A stretch of 64,000 bases of DNA. Source: an uncultured Nitrososphaerota archaeon. Its GTDB lineage: Archaea; Thermoproteota; EX4484-205; JAAOZP01. Positions 36,554 to 45,981 of the stretch are shown here, in pieces; the stretch's first letter is position 1; every line of letters begins with the position of its first letter. Location of the stretch: contig CAYQCW010000002.1 in assembly GCA_964416155.1 (NCBI GenBank), positions 76,748 to 140,747 on the forward strand, written 5' to 3'. Both the position numbers and the translations under genes were made by a program. Below the pieces are notes generated by a model, which did not search any database, was not told where the DNA came from, and was given only the letters and a program-made list of their open reading frames with translations.

Positions 36554-38950
36554 GTGAAGGAGGCTGTTCTCTGGCATAAAGAGGGCGATAAAATCAGATG
36601 TGACCTTTGCGGTAGGCGATGCCTAATCGCGAACAACGCTCTGGGCACATGCTTGGTTAGAAAAAACATCGAAGGCAAGCTCTACAGCCTAAATTACGGC
36701 AAGCTCATAGCTCTACACGTAGACCCTATCGAAAAGAAGCCGCTATTCCATTTCCATCCGGGAAGCTTCACCTTTTCGATTGCAAGCGCAGGATGTAACT
36801 TCGCTTGCAAGTTCTGTTTCGAACCCACTACCAGGGTATTAACGAATAAAGGAATGCTGAGTTTCGAGGAGCTCTTTAACAAAGGAAGGATAGTAAATGA
36901 GGGCGACGGGTTCATCAGCCTCCCCGAAGGCTACTCCGCATTAACCCATGAAGGAAAGTTCTCCCGAATATCAAAGGTTTACAAGCATCCCTACTCGGGC
37001 GAGATGATAGTGATTAAGCCATATTATCTACCAAAATTGAAGGTCACGCCTTCTCATCGGTTTTTTGTGTACGATAAAAATAAGGGGGAAATTAAGAAGA
37101 TCCGTGCAGATGAGATTAGGCGGGAGCATCTTTTAGTCCTACCCAAGCTTAACGAGAATGTTTCAGAAGAAAACAGGATTATCGATGTAAAGGAGATAAT
37201 CTCAAAACACTATGTAGAACATAAGAAGGGGATGAAGATCGATAGAGGAAAGGCCATGGAAATATCGAGGTCACATTCTATGGGCAAGACTTCTAGGGAG
37301 ATTGGAGAAACCTTCGACATGCATCCTTCATACATTAGGAGATTAATGGGAAAACTGAGGAGAGAAGTGATCTCGGATGAGCTCTTCTATATTAAGGACA
37401 TGATTGTAGAAAGGGGGGGATTAGTAAGGCTTAAGGAAGAGAGATCGTTCATAAAGAGGTTTATTTCCTTAGATGAAGACTTCGCACGCCTCCTAGGCTA
37501 TTACTGTGCAAAGGGCTTCGTAACGTGGGCCGCGGGGCAGCCGAACTCGCGGAAGCTCGTCTTTTCCTTCGGCAAACACGAGAGAAAAATGATTAAGGAT
37601 GCTAAGAGACTCATTAAGAAATTGTTCAATAAAAAACCGAAAGTCGTGAAGAGAAGAACGACAACTGCCGTAGAGATATCATCAACGTCTCTCGCCATCC
37701 TTTTTGAAGCATTAGCCGGAAAAGGGTGTCTAAATAAGGTAATCCCGAAGGCGATAATAGAATGCGGTAACGATAAGATTGCACATGCTTTCTTAAAGGC
37801 CTATTTCGAGAGCGATGGCTATAAGCGTCGGGGAGGCGAGTGGGTAACTGTTTCTGCAGATGTTGCCCATTACCTCTTCCTTTTCCTCCTCAAGCTGGGG
37901 ATAATGCCATCTTTCTACGAGTTGACCCACACGGAGAAAGGTATCATTGAAAACAGGATTAATCAACACCCATATTTCAGGATTAAGATTCACGGCCCAT
38001 CGCTGGTGAATTTCCTAAACGGTCGGGACACGAGAACGAATGGACCGGGAAAACTCCGCCTCATTGAGAATGGCAACCATTACTTCGTTCGGATAAGGAG
38101 CATAGAGAAGGAGGCCTATTCCGGCTTCGTTTTCAACTTAGAAGTTGAGGATCAATCCCACTCATACTTGTCCAATTTCGTTAGCGTCGCCAACTGTTGC
38201 AATTATGATATAAGCCAGGTTTATCGCGATAGGCGGCGGGATCATGTTGTCGGTGAAGAGTATTCTCCTGAGGATGTTGTCAACCAAGCTTTGTCAGAGG
38301 GCTGCAACATAATAAGCTACACCTATACTGAACCCACAATATTCTTTGAGTTCGCCTACGATACTGCAAAGCTTGCCCATGAAAAGGGTGTTAAAAATAC
38401 TTTCGTCACAAACGGTTACATGACGCCTGAGGCGGTCAGGATGTTCATGCCTTACTTGGATGCTGTCACCGTGGACTTCAAGTGTTCAGGCGACCCGGGC
38501 TGCTACAGGAAGATAATGAGTGTTCCTGACGTTAAGCCCATATACGACTGCCTTATAGAGATGAGGAGGCAGAGGATATTCGTCGAGATAACTAACCTCG
38601 TGATCCCGGGTTTCGACGATGATATGAGTGGTTTCAGAAACCTCGTCAAGTGGATTAAGGATAATCTGGGCGACGAAACTCCTCTCCACATACTTAGGTT
38701 CTTCCCCACATATGGGTTTTCAGAGATTCCGGATACACCCCTAGAAAGCCTTAGGAAAGCATACGAGATAGCCAAGCAGGAAGGGATTAAGTTCGTCTAC
38801 CTTGGAAACGTGCCTGGACAGGGCGAGAACACTTACTGTCCCAACTGTAAGGAGCTTCTGATTGAAAGGTTTGGGTTGATGATGAGTCGAAGCAGGCTTA
38901 GTGGAGACAAGTGTCCCAAATGCGGAACAAGGATACCGGTTGTCATATAA
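36554..38950 (+). CDS. amrS: AmmeMemoRadiSam radical SAM enzyme (PFL-activase-like), intein-containing
   Basis: DPIEKKPLFHF, CNFACKF|C CxxxCxxC split by the insert, YTYTEPT, TNGY, HILRFFP, YLGN and C-terminal CPxC zinc motifs; ~338 aa after splicing. Confidence 0.92.
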   Translation: MKEAVLWHKEGDKIRCDLCGRRCLIANNALGTCLVRKNIEGKLYSLNYGKLIALHVDPIEKKPLFHFHPGSFTFSIASAGCNFACKFCFEPTTRVLTNKGMLSFEELFNKGRIVNEGDGFISLPEGYSALTHEGKFSRISKVYKHPYSGEMIVIKPYYLPKLKVTPSHRFFVYDKNKGEIKKIRADEIRREHLLVLPKLNENVSEENRIIDVKEIISKHYVEHKKGMKIDRGKAMEISRSHSMGKTSREIGETFDMHPSYIRRLMGKLRREVISDELFYIKDMIVERGGLVRLKEERSFIKRFISLDEDFARLLGYYCAKGFVTWAAGQPNSRKLVFSFGKHERKMIKDAKRLIKKLFNKKPKVVKRRTTTAVEISSTSLAILFEALAGKGCLNKVIPKAIIECGNDKIAHAFLKAYFESDGYKRRGGEWVTVSADVAHYLFLFLLKLGIMPSFYELTHTEKGIIENRINQHPYFRIKIHGPSLVNFLNGRDTRTNGPGKLRLIENGNHYFVRIRSIEKEAYSGFVFNLEVEDQSHSYLSNFVSVANCCNYDISQVYRDRRRDHVVGEEYSPEDVVNQALSEGCNIISYTYTEPTIFFEFAYDTAKLAHEKGVKNTFVTNGYMTPEAVRMFMPYLDAVTVDFKCSGDPGCYRKIMSVPDVKPIYDCLIEMRRQRIFVEITNLVIPGFDDDMSGFRNLVKWIKDNLGDETPLHILRFFPTYGFSEIPDTPLESLRKAYEIAKQEGIKFVYLGNVPGQGENTYCPNCKELLIERFGLMMSRSRLSGDKCPKCGTRIPVVI
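36815..38194 (+). mobile_element. intein (460 aa) with LAGLIDADG homing endonuclease domain
   Basis: Block A CFEPTTRVLT, block B VTPSHRF, LAGLIDADG-like LLGYYCAKG and FLKAYFESDG, block F VFNLEVE, block G VAN followed by +1 Cys. Confidence 0.93.
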
Positions 38951-38954
38951 TCCT

Positions 38955-39420
38955 TACTGCTGGAGGAGAACAATCTTCTAGATTCGAGAAACTTTCCCCC
39001 CATGGGAAACTTTAATACTGTAAGTTTCTCCTACTCGTTAAGCTTTTCCTCAGCATCATTCGAAATCTTTCGAGTATTATTGTAGATTCATTCTCTCTTC
39101 ATCAGAGTTCAGCCTAATCGTTTTTCCAATCAACTAAACCATAATGTCTTCTTTTGGAAATTTGTTCAGTATTGCATCGCATCTCTTGACGAGGTTTCAA
39201 CAAGTTACTCTCTTCACGCTTATATTAACATATGAATTTAACTCTTGAGGCCTCTTCTCAACAGTTTTCACTTATAGTATTCCAAGCCCACTTATTTCTC
39301 TCAGGAACTTGCCCTCCTGCTCTATTGGAAGCAACAGCTTTAATTTTTCTTCATACTGGCTGGCCTAAACATTGACTTCTGAGGACGAAATGAGCATTCA
39401 GGATTTTCAGCAAGCTGAGA
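38955..39420 (-). pseudogene. heavily degraded gene remnant of unknown function
   Basis: AT-rich; the minus strand gives protein-like stretches (YEEKLKLLLPIEQEGKFLREISGLGIL...) broken by many stops. Confidence 0.35.
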
Positions 39421-39510
39421 CCTAGGGAAAGAATCGATAGACCCGTCTGCTCTCAAAGTTTAAACCAAAAATAATTGTTAAATACTTGCAGAGGTATTCT
39501 TACCTGTGTC

Positions 39511-40305
39511 TTGAAGACGGTGTGCGTCATCGGAGTAGGGAAAATGGGCAGCCTAATAGTTAGGCACGTAGTTAAAACAGGGGAATACAGAGTTGTTGCA
39601 ACAGATGTTGATCCTGAGAAACGACTGCTTGCCAAGTCATATGGGGCGGAGGTTTTCGAAAACAACAGGGATGCTGCGAAGAGCTCTGACGTGGTCATTC
39701 TGGCGGTTAAGCCTAAGGAAGTACAAGCTGTGTTAAACGATGTTAAAGACCTTGTTAGCGGAAAACTTGTAATATCGATTGCCGCAGCAGTATCTTTAAA
39801 GCGAATGGAGAAAATTGCTCCAGACACCAAGTTCATCAGAGTAATGCCGAACATCCTCATTGAGGTTGGCGAGGCGTTCATCGCAATAAGCCCAGGCACC
39901 AGGGCAACGGAGGAGGATGTTGAACTCGCTTCAAGAGTCTTCAGCAGGATGGGTGAGGTTGCTAGGGTTGAGGAGAATCTGATGGATGCGATAACAGGGT
40001 TCTCAGGAAGTGGACCGGCTTACGTTTTCACCATTATGGATGCTTTTGCTGACGCTGGCGTGAAAATAGGCCTGTCAAAAGAGCTCGCGCTCAGGATTGC
40101 TGCTAGGATGATGCTCGGCTCCGCTAAAATAATGTTGGAGGGAAAGAGGAAGCCGATGGAGCTTAGAGACATGGTTGCCACCCCCGGAGGCACAACCATA
40201 ATGGGCATTTACGAGCTTGAAAAAGGGGGAGTCAGGACGGCGATAATGAACGCTGTGGAAGCCGCTGTTAAGAGAGCAACGGAGTTAGCAGAGTCATCCT
40301 GCTGA
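39511..40305 (+). CDS. proC: pyrroline-5-carboxylate reductase
   Basis: IGVGKMG, LAVKP, RVMPN, SGSGPAY and VATPGGTT. Confidence 0.96.
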   Translation: MKTVCVIGVGKMGSLIVRHVVKTGEYRVVATDVDPEKRLLAKSYGAEVFENNRDAAKSSDVVILAVKPKEVQAVLNDVKDLVSGKLVISIAAAVSLKRMEKIAPDTKFIRVMPNILIEVGEAFIAISPGTRATEEDVELASRVFSRMGEVARVEENLMDAITGFSGSGPAYVFTIMDAFADAGVKIGLSKELALRIAARMMLGSAKIMLEGKRKPMELRDMVATPGGTTIMGIYELEKGGVRTAIMNAVEAAVKRATELAESSC

Positions 40306-40406
40306 ATAGTTAAACCATTGGATGTGCGTTAAAGGATTAGGCGAAATGTTTCAAGAAAAACCCTTATATAAACCCTTTTCACCCGCAGGGTTTCAACTAT
40401 TAAAAC

Positions 40407-42242
40407 ATGAGTGTCGAGAAACCGCTGCTGGACTATGTTAATTCGCTCAAGCCGAGGAAGAGCTTTACGGAGTCGGTTACAGCCTTCAAAAGACTGGTTA
40501 AATATCATAAGAAATACTCTTTACTCATAGCCCTAGTTGTAGCACTATCCTTCATAAGAACATACCTGTTCACGCTTGAACCACTCTACACTTCTCTTAT
40601 AATAGACGATGTTGTTATAAGCAGGAAGCATGAGTTGCTTACCGACTATATTACTGCAATCCTGCTTGTCGGAATAGGTTTCGCCGTCGTCAACTTCTTC
40701 ATAAGCTATTTGAACGGTTTGACAGCGCTTTATATAATACGGGATATACGGTCCGAGTACTACGCCTACCTCCAGGCTAAATCCTTCAGCTTCTACGATT
40801 CTGTCGCAGTAGGCGACCTTGTTTCAAGAGCCACGATGGATCTTCAGCCTGCTGAAGCTTTCTTAAGAACATGGGTCGGCACCGTGTTCAATGCGGTTTT
40901 CTCAATAATAGTGTTCTTCTCAGTAATGTACATCATAAGCCCCTCCATGACCCTTATCTCTTTAATACCCGTACCTATAATATTCTACTTTACAACTCGC
41001 CTTTGGGTTGAGACGATGCCGCTTTTCCGAGTGATGCAGCTCATACTTGGGAGACTGAGCGCCTACATTCAGCAGAACATTATTGGGATGAAGACCGTGA
41101 GGATATTCCGGAGAGAGAAGGATGTTGTCGAAGGATTCAAGAAGGCGGAGCAAGTATTCGTAAAAACAGCCATAAACGCTGGAAGAATCCAGTCTATCTA
41201 CATGCCTCTTCCAACCGCGATACTAACCCTTTCAATAGCAATGGTTTACGTTTATGCTACTTATTCGATTTTCAACGCAGGGGCTGCGCTGACTGTTGGG
41301 AGCATAATTCTTTTCGCGAGATACATGACGCGGCTAAGCTTCCCGTTGAGAGAACTCAGCATGCTGCTCGGAACCTGGATTAACGCGTCTGCTGGGCTCG
41401 AGAGGGTCTTCGAAGTCATGGATGCTCCGAAAGGTGTTGAGGACCTGCCTGGCGCTGAAGAAATAACTATAAGGCAGGGCATGGTTGAATTCCGAAACGT
41501 TACTTTCCAGTATGCTAACGGCAAGCCTGTTTTAACGAATATGAGTTTCAAGGTTAATCCAGGGGAGAAAATTGCAATCCTCGGCGCCACAGGCTCGGGG
41601 AAATCCACCCTTGTACACCTTATAATGAGGTTCTACGACCCTACTTCAGGAAGCATACTTATAGATGGGGTAGACATTAAAAAGTTTAGACTGTCTTCTT
41701 TAAGAAGGCAGATAGGTATTGTTCCACAAGATGTTTTCCTATTCTCCGGAACCATCAGGGAAAACATAGCTTTAGGAAAGCCCGACGCCCCTATGGAGGA
41801 GATCGCGAGGGTTGCGGAGCTGGCTAAGATACGCGACTTCATAGAGTCCCTCCCTGATGGTTACGATACTTTCGTCGGCGAGAGGGGGGTTACTCTTTCA
41901 GGAGGCCAGAGGCAGAGGATGACTATCGCGAGAGCGATTCTCACAGACCCTAGGATACTGATAATGGATGATTCGCTCTCCTTCGTGGATTCTAAGACTG
42001 AGCAGGAAATACAGTCTGCAATCAACGAAGCGATGAAGGGTAGAACAACCTTTATAATCGCACAGAGACTTTCAACAATAAGGAACGCCGATAGGATAAT
42101 GATTCTGGATGATGGGAAGATCGTCGAGTTTGGAACACACGAGGAGCTTATGGCTAAGAGCGGCGCCTACAGGAGGATTTACGAGACACAGTTCCTAGGA
42201 AAGAGTTTAGAAATCGTTTCAGAGGAGGTGAGTGAAAAGTAA
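40407..42242 (+). CDS. ABC exporter, fused TMD-NBD, degenerate-site subunit of a heterodimer
   Basis: TM domain plus GATGSGKST, LSGGQRQR, MDDSLS (D for the catalytic E) and IAQR (Q for the switch H). Confidence 0.93.
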   Translation: MSVEKPLLDYVNSLKPRKSFTESVTAFKRLVKYHKKYSLLIALVVALSFIRTYLFTLEPLYTSLIIDDVVISRKHELLTDYITAILLVGIGFAVVNFFISYLNGLTALYIIRDIRSEYYAYLQAKSFSFYDSVAVGDLVSRATMDLQPAEAFLRTWVGTVFNAVFSIIVFFSVMYIISPSMTLISLIPVPIIFYFTTRLWVETMPLFRVMQLILGRLSAYIQQNIIGMKTVRIFRREKDVVEGFKKAEQVFVKTAINAGRIQSIYMPLPTAILTLSIAMVYVYATYSIFNAGAALTVGSIILFARYMTRLSFPLRELSMLLGTWINASAGLERVFEVMDAPKGVEDLPGAEEITIRQGMVEFRNVTFQYANGKPVLTNMSFKVNPGEKIAILGATGSGKSTLVHLIMRFYDPTSGSILIDGVDIKKFRLSSLRRQIGIVPQDVFLFSGTIRENIALGKPDAPMEEIARVAELAKIRDFIESLPDGYDTFVGERGVTLSGGQRQRMTIARAILTDPRILIMDDSLSFVDSKTEQEIQSAINEAMKGRTTFIIAQRLSTIRNADRIMILDDGKIVEFGTHEELMAKSGAYRRIYETQFLGKSLEIVSEEVSEK

Positions 42243-43300
42243 TGTCAGGGCCTTGGCGTACATTCTCCTCCACTCAGGAGGAGGGTAAGAGAACCGTTCC
42301 GGATAGAATACTGATTAAAAGGCTTTACCAGTATATTAGACCGTTTAGAAAGAACCTTGTCATCGCGATTCTAGCGATATTTTTAACTTCTATAACCGGG
42401 TTGGCTGCGCCATACATGCATAAGGTTGCGATAGACCAGATAATACAGACAGGGGATCTTTCAAACTTCCTCTGGTGGATACCGCTGTTCATCCTCGTTG
42501 TTCTATGCAACTTCTTCTTCCAATACGTGCAGATATTTCAAATGAGGATAATCGGTGAAAATGCTGTTTCATTAATAAGAGATGAAATTATGGAGAAGCT
42601 TCAAGTCATATCTCTAAGATATTTCTCAGAGAGCGAGATAGGCAGAATAATCTCTAGACCCGTAAACGATGCTAACAACCTTAGGATATTCCTTCGCATG
42701 GGTTTCACCAGCATACTTCTCGACACCTCCTCAATACTGGGCACGTTCATAATCATGTTCATGCTGGATTTCGAACTGACCGTCATAGCCCTCTCTTTCA
42801 TCCCTATAGCCATAATCATCATTTGGCGGCTTGGAAAATATTCTAGAAGAGTTTATAGGAAAACCCTTTCAACACTGGCAGGATTAACGGGTAGGATGCA
42901 GGAGGACCTTTCCGGAATAAAAGTGATCCAGGCCTTCGTGCAGGAGGACACGGCGTTAAGAAGGTTTGAGGAAACGCAGGCGGAGAATATTAAGGCAATG
43001 AAGAACGCTTTGAAAATCTCCTCAGCATACCAGCCCGTCGTTATAATGCTGAGAATAATTGGAACCCTTGCTATACTATGGTTCGGAACCCTTTTCATCA
43101 AGAGCGGGGCACTAACCATAGGCACTCTCGTTGCCTTCATAGAATATCAGTTCTCCTATTTCATGCCCCTCGTGGACTTGATAAACGTTGCAGACCAGTA
43201 TAACTCCGCAATGGCTGCTGTCGAAAGGCTTTTCGACCTTATCGATGCTAAGATTGAAGTTACCGAGCCTCCTCCTGAAATAGCTGTTGAGCTGAAATGA
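42242..43300 (+). CDS. ABC exporter second subunit, TMD half (split from its NBD)
   Basis: ABC_membrane-like 6-TM domain ending in ERLFDLIDAKIEV linker. Confidence 0.8.
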   Translation: MSGPWRTFSSTQEEGKRTVPDRILIKRLYQYIRPFRKNLVIAILAIFLTSITGLAAPYMHKVAIDQIIQTGDLSNFLWWIPLFILVVLCNFFFQYVQIFQMRIIGENAVSLIRDEIMEKLQVISLRYFSESEIGRIISRPVNDANNLRIFLRMGFTSILLDTSSILGTFIIMFMLDFELTVIALSFIPIAIIIIWRLGKYSRRVYRKTLSTLAGLTGRMQEDLSGIKVIQAFVQEDTALRRFEETQAENIKAMKNALKISSAYQPVVIMLRIIGTLAILWFGTLFIKSGALTIGTLVAFIEYQFSYFMPLVDLINVADQYNSAMAAVERLFDLIDAKIEVTEPPPEIAVELK

Positions 43301-44040
43301 TAGAGGAAGTAAGTTTTGAAAACGTGACTTTCGGCTACGATCCGAGCCTCCCGGTTGTGAGAAACATCAGTTTCACGCTTACAAGGGGGAAGAAGCTGGC
43401 CATAGTTGGCCCTACTGGAGCTGGGAAGTCGACGATAATAAACCTGCTTGCCAGGTTTTATGATCCAAATGAGGGAAGAATCCTTGTCAACGGCCATGAT
43501 TTACGCAGGATCCCCATCTCATCTTGGAGAGCTAGGCTGAGCATAGTTCTTCAGGACTCATTTCTTTTCCCGATGAGCGTGAAGGAGAACATAAGGTTCG
43601 GGAAACCGGATGCTTCAGACGAGGATGTTATAGCCGCAGCTAAGGCTATTGGTGCACATGAGTTCATAGTTAAGCTTCCCGACGGATACGACTACACGAT
43701 TCAGGAGGGGTCGTCGAACATCTCTATTGGCCAAAGACAGATGATAAGCTTCGCGAGAACCCTGCTGGCGAATCCTGAGCTGCTCGTACTAGATGAAGCC
43801 ACATCCTCTGTAGACCCCTACACTGAGCTTATCATACAGAGGGCTCTGAGGAAGCTTCTAAAAAGCAGGATGGCGATCATAATAGCACACAGGCTTTCAA
43901 CAATACGGCTCTGCGATGAAATAATAGTGATTAATAATGGTGTTATCGTTGAAAAAGGGGCGCATGAGGAGCTTATGCGGAAAGGCGGTTTATACAGCTC
44001 TTTCTACAGGCTTCAGTTCATAGAGGAAAAAGGCGTTTAA
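43297..44040 (+). CDS. ABC exporter second subunit, NBD half
   Basis: GPTGAGKST, ISIGQRQ, LDEATS and IAHRL; ATGA overlap with the TMD half. Confidence 0.82.
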   Translation: MIEEVSFENVTFGYDPSLPVVRNISFTLTRGKKLAIVGPTGAGKSTIINLLARFYDPNEGRILVNGHDLRRIPISSWRARLSIVLQDSFLFPMSVKENIRFGKPDASDEDVIAAAKAIGAHEFIVKLPDGYDYTIQEGSSNISIGQRQMISFARTLLANPELLVLDEATSSVDPYTELIIQRALRKLLKSRMAIIIAHRLSTIRLCDEIIVINNGVIVEKGAHEELMRKGGLYSSFYRLQFIEEKGV

Positions 44041-44108
44041 GCCAACTCAGTGCAGGATTAAAAAAATTTAAAAGGCGTTTTTTAAAGTCGTTCTACCGGG
44101 GAGGCGGC

Positions 44109-45476
44109 TTGGCCAGAGTTAGGGAGGTTTCCGAGTCTCTACGCGAATGGGAGAGGATTGCAGCGCATTCGCACATAACTGGATTAGGCTTAGAAGGCTT
44201 GAAGGCTAAGCCTGTTGGAGGCGGCATGGTCGGCCAGATTGAAGCAAGGGAGGCGGCAGGCCTCGTAGTAAGGCTGATAAAAAGCGGCAAGTTTGCAGGC
44301 AGAGCAGTCCTGCTCGCAGGCCCGCCTGGAACAGGAAAGACAGCGATAGCTACGGCAATAGCTAGAGAACTCGGCAGAGACGTCCCCTTCGTTCCGCTCG
44401 CCGCAAGCGAAATATTCTCCACAGATATTAAGAAAACCGAGTTTCTGATGCAGACTCTTAGGAAGGCGATTGGCGCGAGGATACATGAGGTCAGGAAGAT
44501 TTACGAGGGTGAGGTTAAGGAGGTTTCGATAGAAAAGGCTCCACACCCGTATAATCCTTATCAGCAGATGCCTGCAGGAGCCACGATAAAAATCGCCACC
44601 ACTGAGGAGTCTAAAAGGCTTACGATGGACCAGAGCTTCGCAATCCAGTTGATCCAGCAGGGTATTGAGACAGGAGACATTGTTCAAATAGATCCTGAAG
44701 GGGGGAGAATAGTCAAGCTCGGCAGGAGTAGGAAGAGCGTAGAGGAGAAGAAGGTTGACCTTTCCACCGTCCAGGTAATGGATGTTCCTAATGGAAACGT
44801 GCTTAAGGAGAAGGAGTTCGTCTACCCTGTTACGCTGCACGCTCTAGACATGGCTGCGACGCGACGGGGTGGAGACATTTTCAGCATATTCTTCGGAGGC
44901 AGGGAATCCAAGGAGATAGAGCCTGAAACCCGTAGGGAGGTTGACGACTACATAAAGACGCTTGTTCAAGAGGGCAGGTGTGAACTATTGCCTGGAGTGG
45001 TTTTCGTAGACGAGTGTAGCATGCTCGACATAGAGACATTCGCGTTTCTAAACAGGGCGCTGGAGCAGGACCTAGCCCCTATAATAATAGTCGCGACAAA
45101 CAGAGGATTCGCACTCGTTAGGGGCACAGATATTAGGTCTCCCCATGGAATGCCCCTAGACCTTCTCGACAGGCTTCTAATAATCAACACTAAACCGTAT
45201 AGCAGAGAAGAAATAAGGAAGATACTTGAGATAAGGTCCGAGGCTGAGAAAATCCCGATAAGTAACGAGGCGCTCGAATACCTTACGGAGATAGGGGTTA
45301 ACACGAGCCTAAGGTATGCGGTTCAGCTGATGGCTCCAGCATTCGAGCTGGCTAGAGAGAGAAAGGCCAGCAGAATAGAAAAAGAACATGTAAGTTATGT
45401 GGAGAAACTGTTCGTCGACGTGAAGAAATCAGTTGAATATTTGAGAGAATATGAAAAACAGTTCCTAGATCTCTGA
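44109..45476 (+). CDS. RuvB-like TIP49/Rvb AAA+ ATPase
   Basis: RIAAHSHITGLG, GQIEAREAAG, GPPGTGKTA, FVDECSMLD, DLLDRLLII and SLRYA. Confidence 0.96.
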   Translation: MARVREVSESLREWERIAAHSHITGLGLEGLKAKPVGGGMVGQIEAREAAGLVVRLIKSGKFAGRAVLLAGPPGTGKTAIATAIARELGRDVPFVPLAASEIFSTDIKKTEFLMQTLRKAIGARIHEVRKIYEGEVKEVSIEKAPHPYNPYQQMPAGATIKIATTEESKRLTMDQSFAIQLIQQGIETGDIVQIDPEGGRIVKLGRSRKSVEEKKVDLSTVQVMDVPNGNVLKEKEFVYPVTLHALDMAATRRGGDIFSIFFGGRESKEIEPETRREVDDYIKTLVQEGRCELLPGVVFVDECSMLDIETFAFLNRALEQDLAPIIIVATNRGFALVRGTDIRSPHGMPLDLLDRLLIINTKPYSREEIRKILEIRSEAEKIPISNEALEYLTEIGVNTSLRYAVQLMAPAFELARERKASRIEKEHVSYVEKLFVDVKKSVEYLREYEKQFLDL

Positions 45477-45504
45477 GATAAACGTTTAAGATGCTGCTTT
45501 CAAA

Positions 45505-45981
45505 ATGTTCCTCATGTGGATAGTGGGCGAGAAGGTTGCAGCATCACCGATTGCGGCAAGCCCGGGAGACGTTGACTATTGGTTGGAATCCGGTGTTAAG
45601 GCTGTTGCAATACTAGCCGAGCCTCACGAGATAGCCAGATACTGGGGGGATTCGGAGAATTATTTCAAGTTTCTTAAGGATAAGGGTTTTGAAATCCTAC
45701 ATAGCCCGATTAAGGATTTCCATGCTCCAACCTTAAGCCAGCTTGAGGAACTGGTTGAATGGATGGAGGCTAAGGTTAAGGCTGGCAAGCCAGTTCTAGT
45801 ACACTGTCACGCTGGCATAGGCAGGACCGGCATGGTGGTGGCAGCATATCTTATCAGGAAAGGCTTCAGCCTTGAGCAGGCGGTGAGAGAAGTAAGGGGA
45901 AAGATTCCTCTAGCCCTAGAGGTTGACGCACAGTTATCGCTGGTCTACGAGTATTACGAGAAGAGGGGAACAGCCGGTTAA
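45505..45981 (+). CDS. dual-specificity protein/tyrosine phosphatase
   Basis: PIKDFHAP acid loop and HCHAGIGRTG P-loop. Confidence 0.93.
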   Translation: MFLMWIVGEKVAASPIAASPGDVDYWLESGVKAVAILAEPHEIARYWGDSENYFKFLKDKGFEILHSPIKDFHAPTLSQLEELVEWMEAKVKAGKPVLVHCHAGIGRTGMVVAAYLIRKGFSLEQAVREVRGKIPLALEVDAQLSLVYEYYEKRGTAG

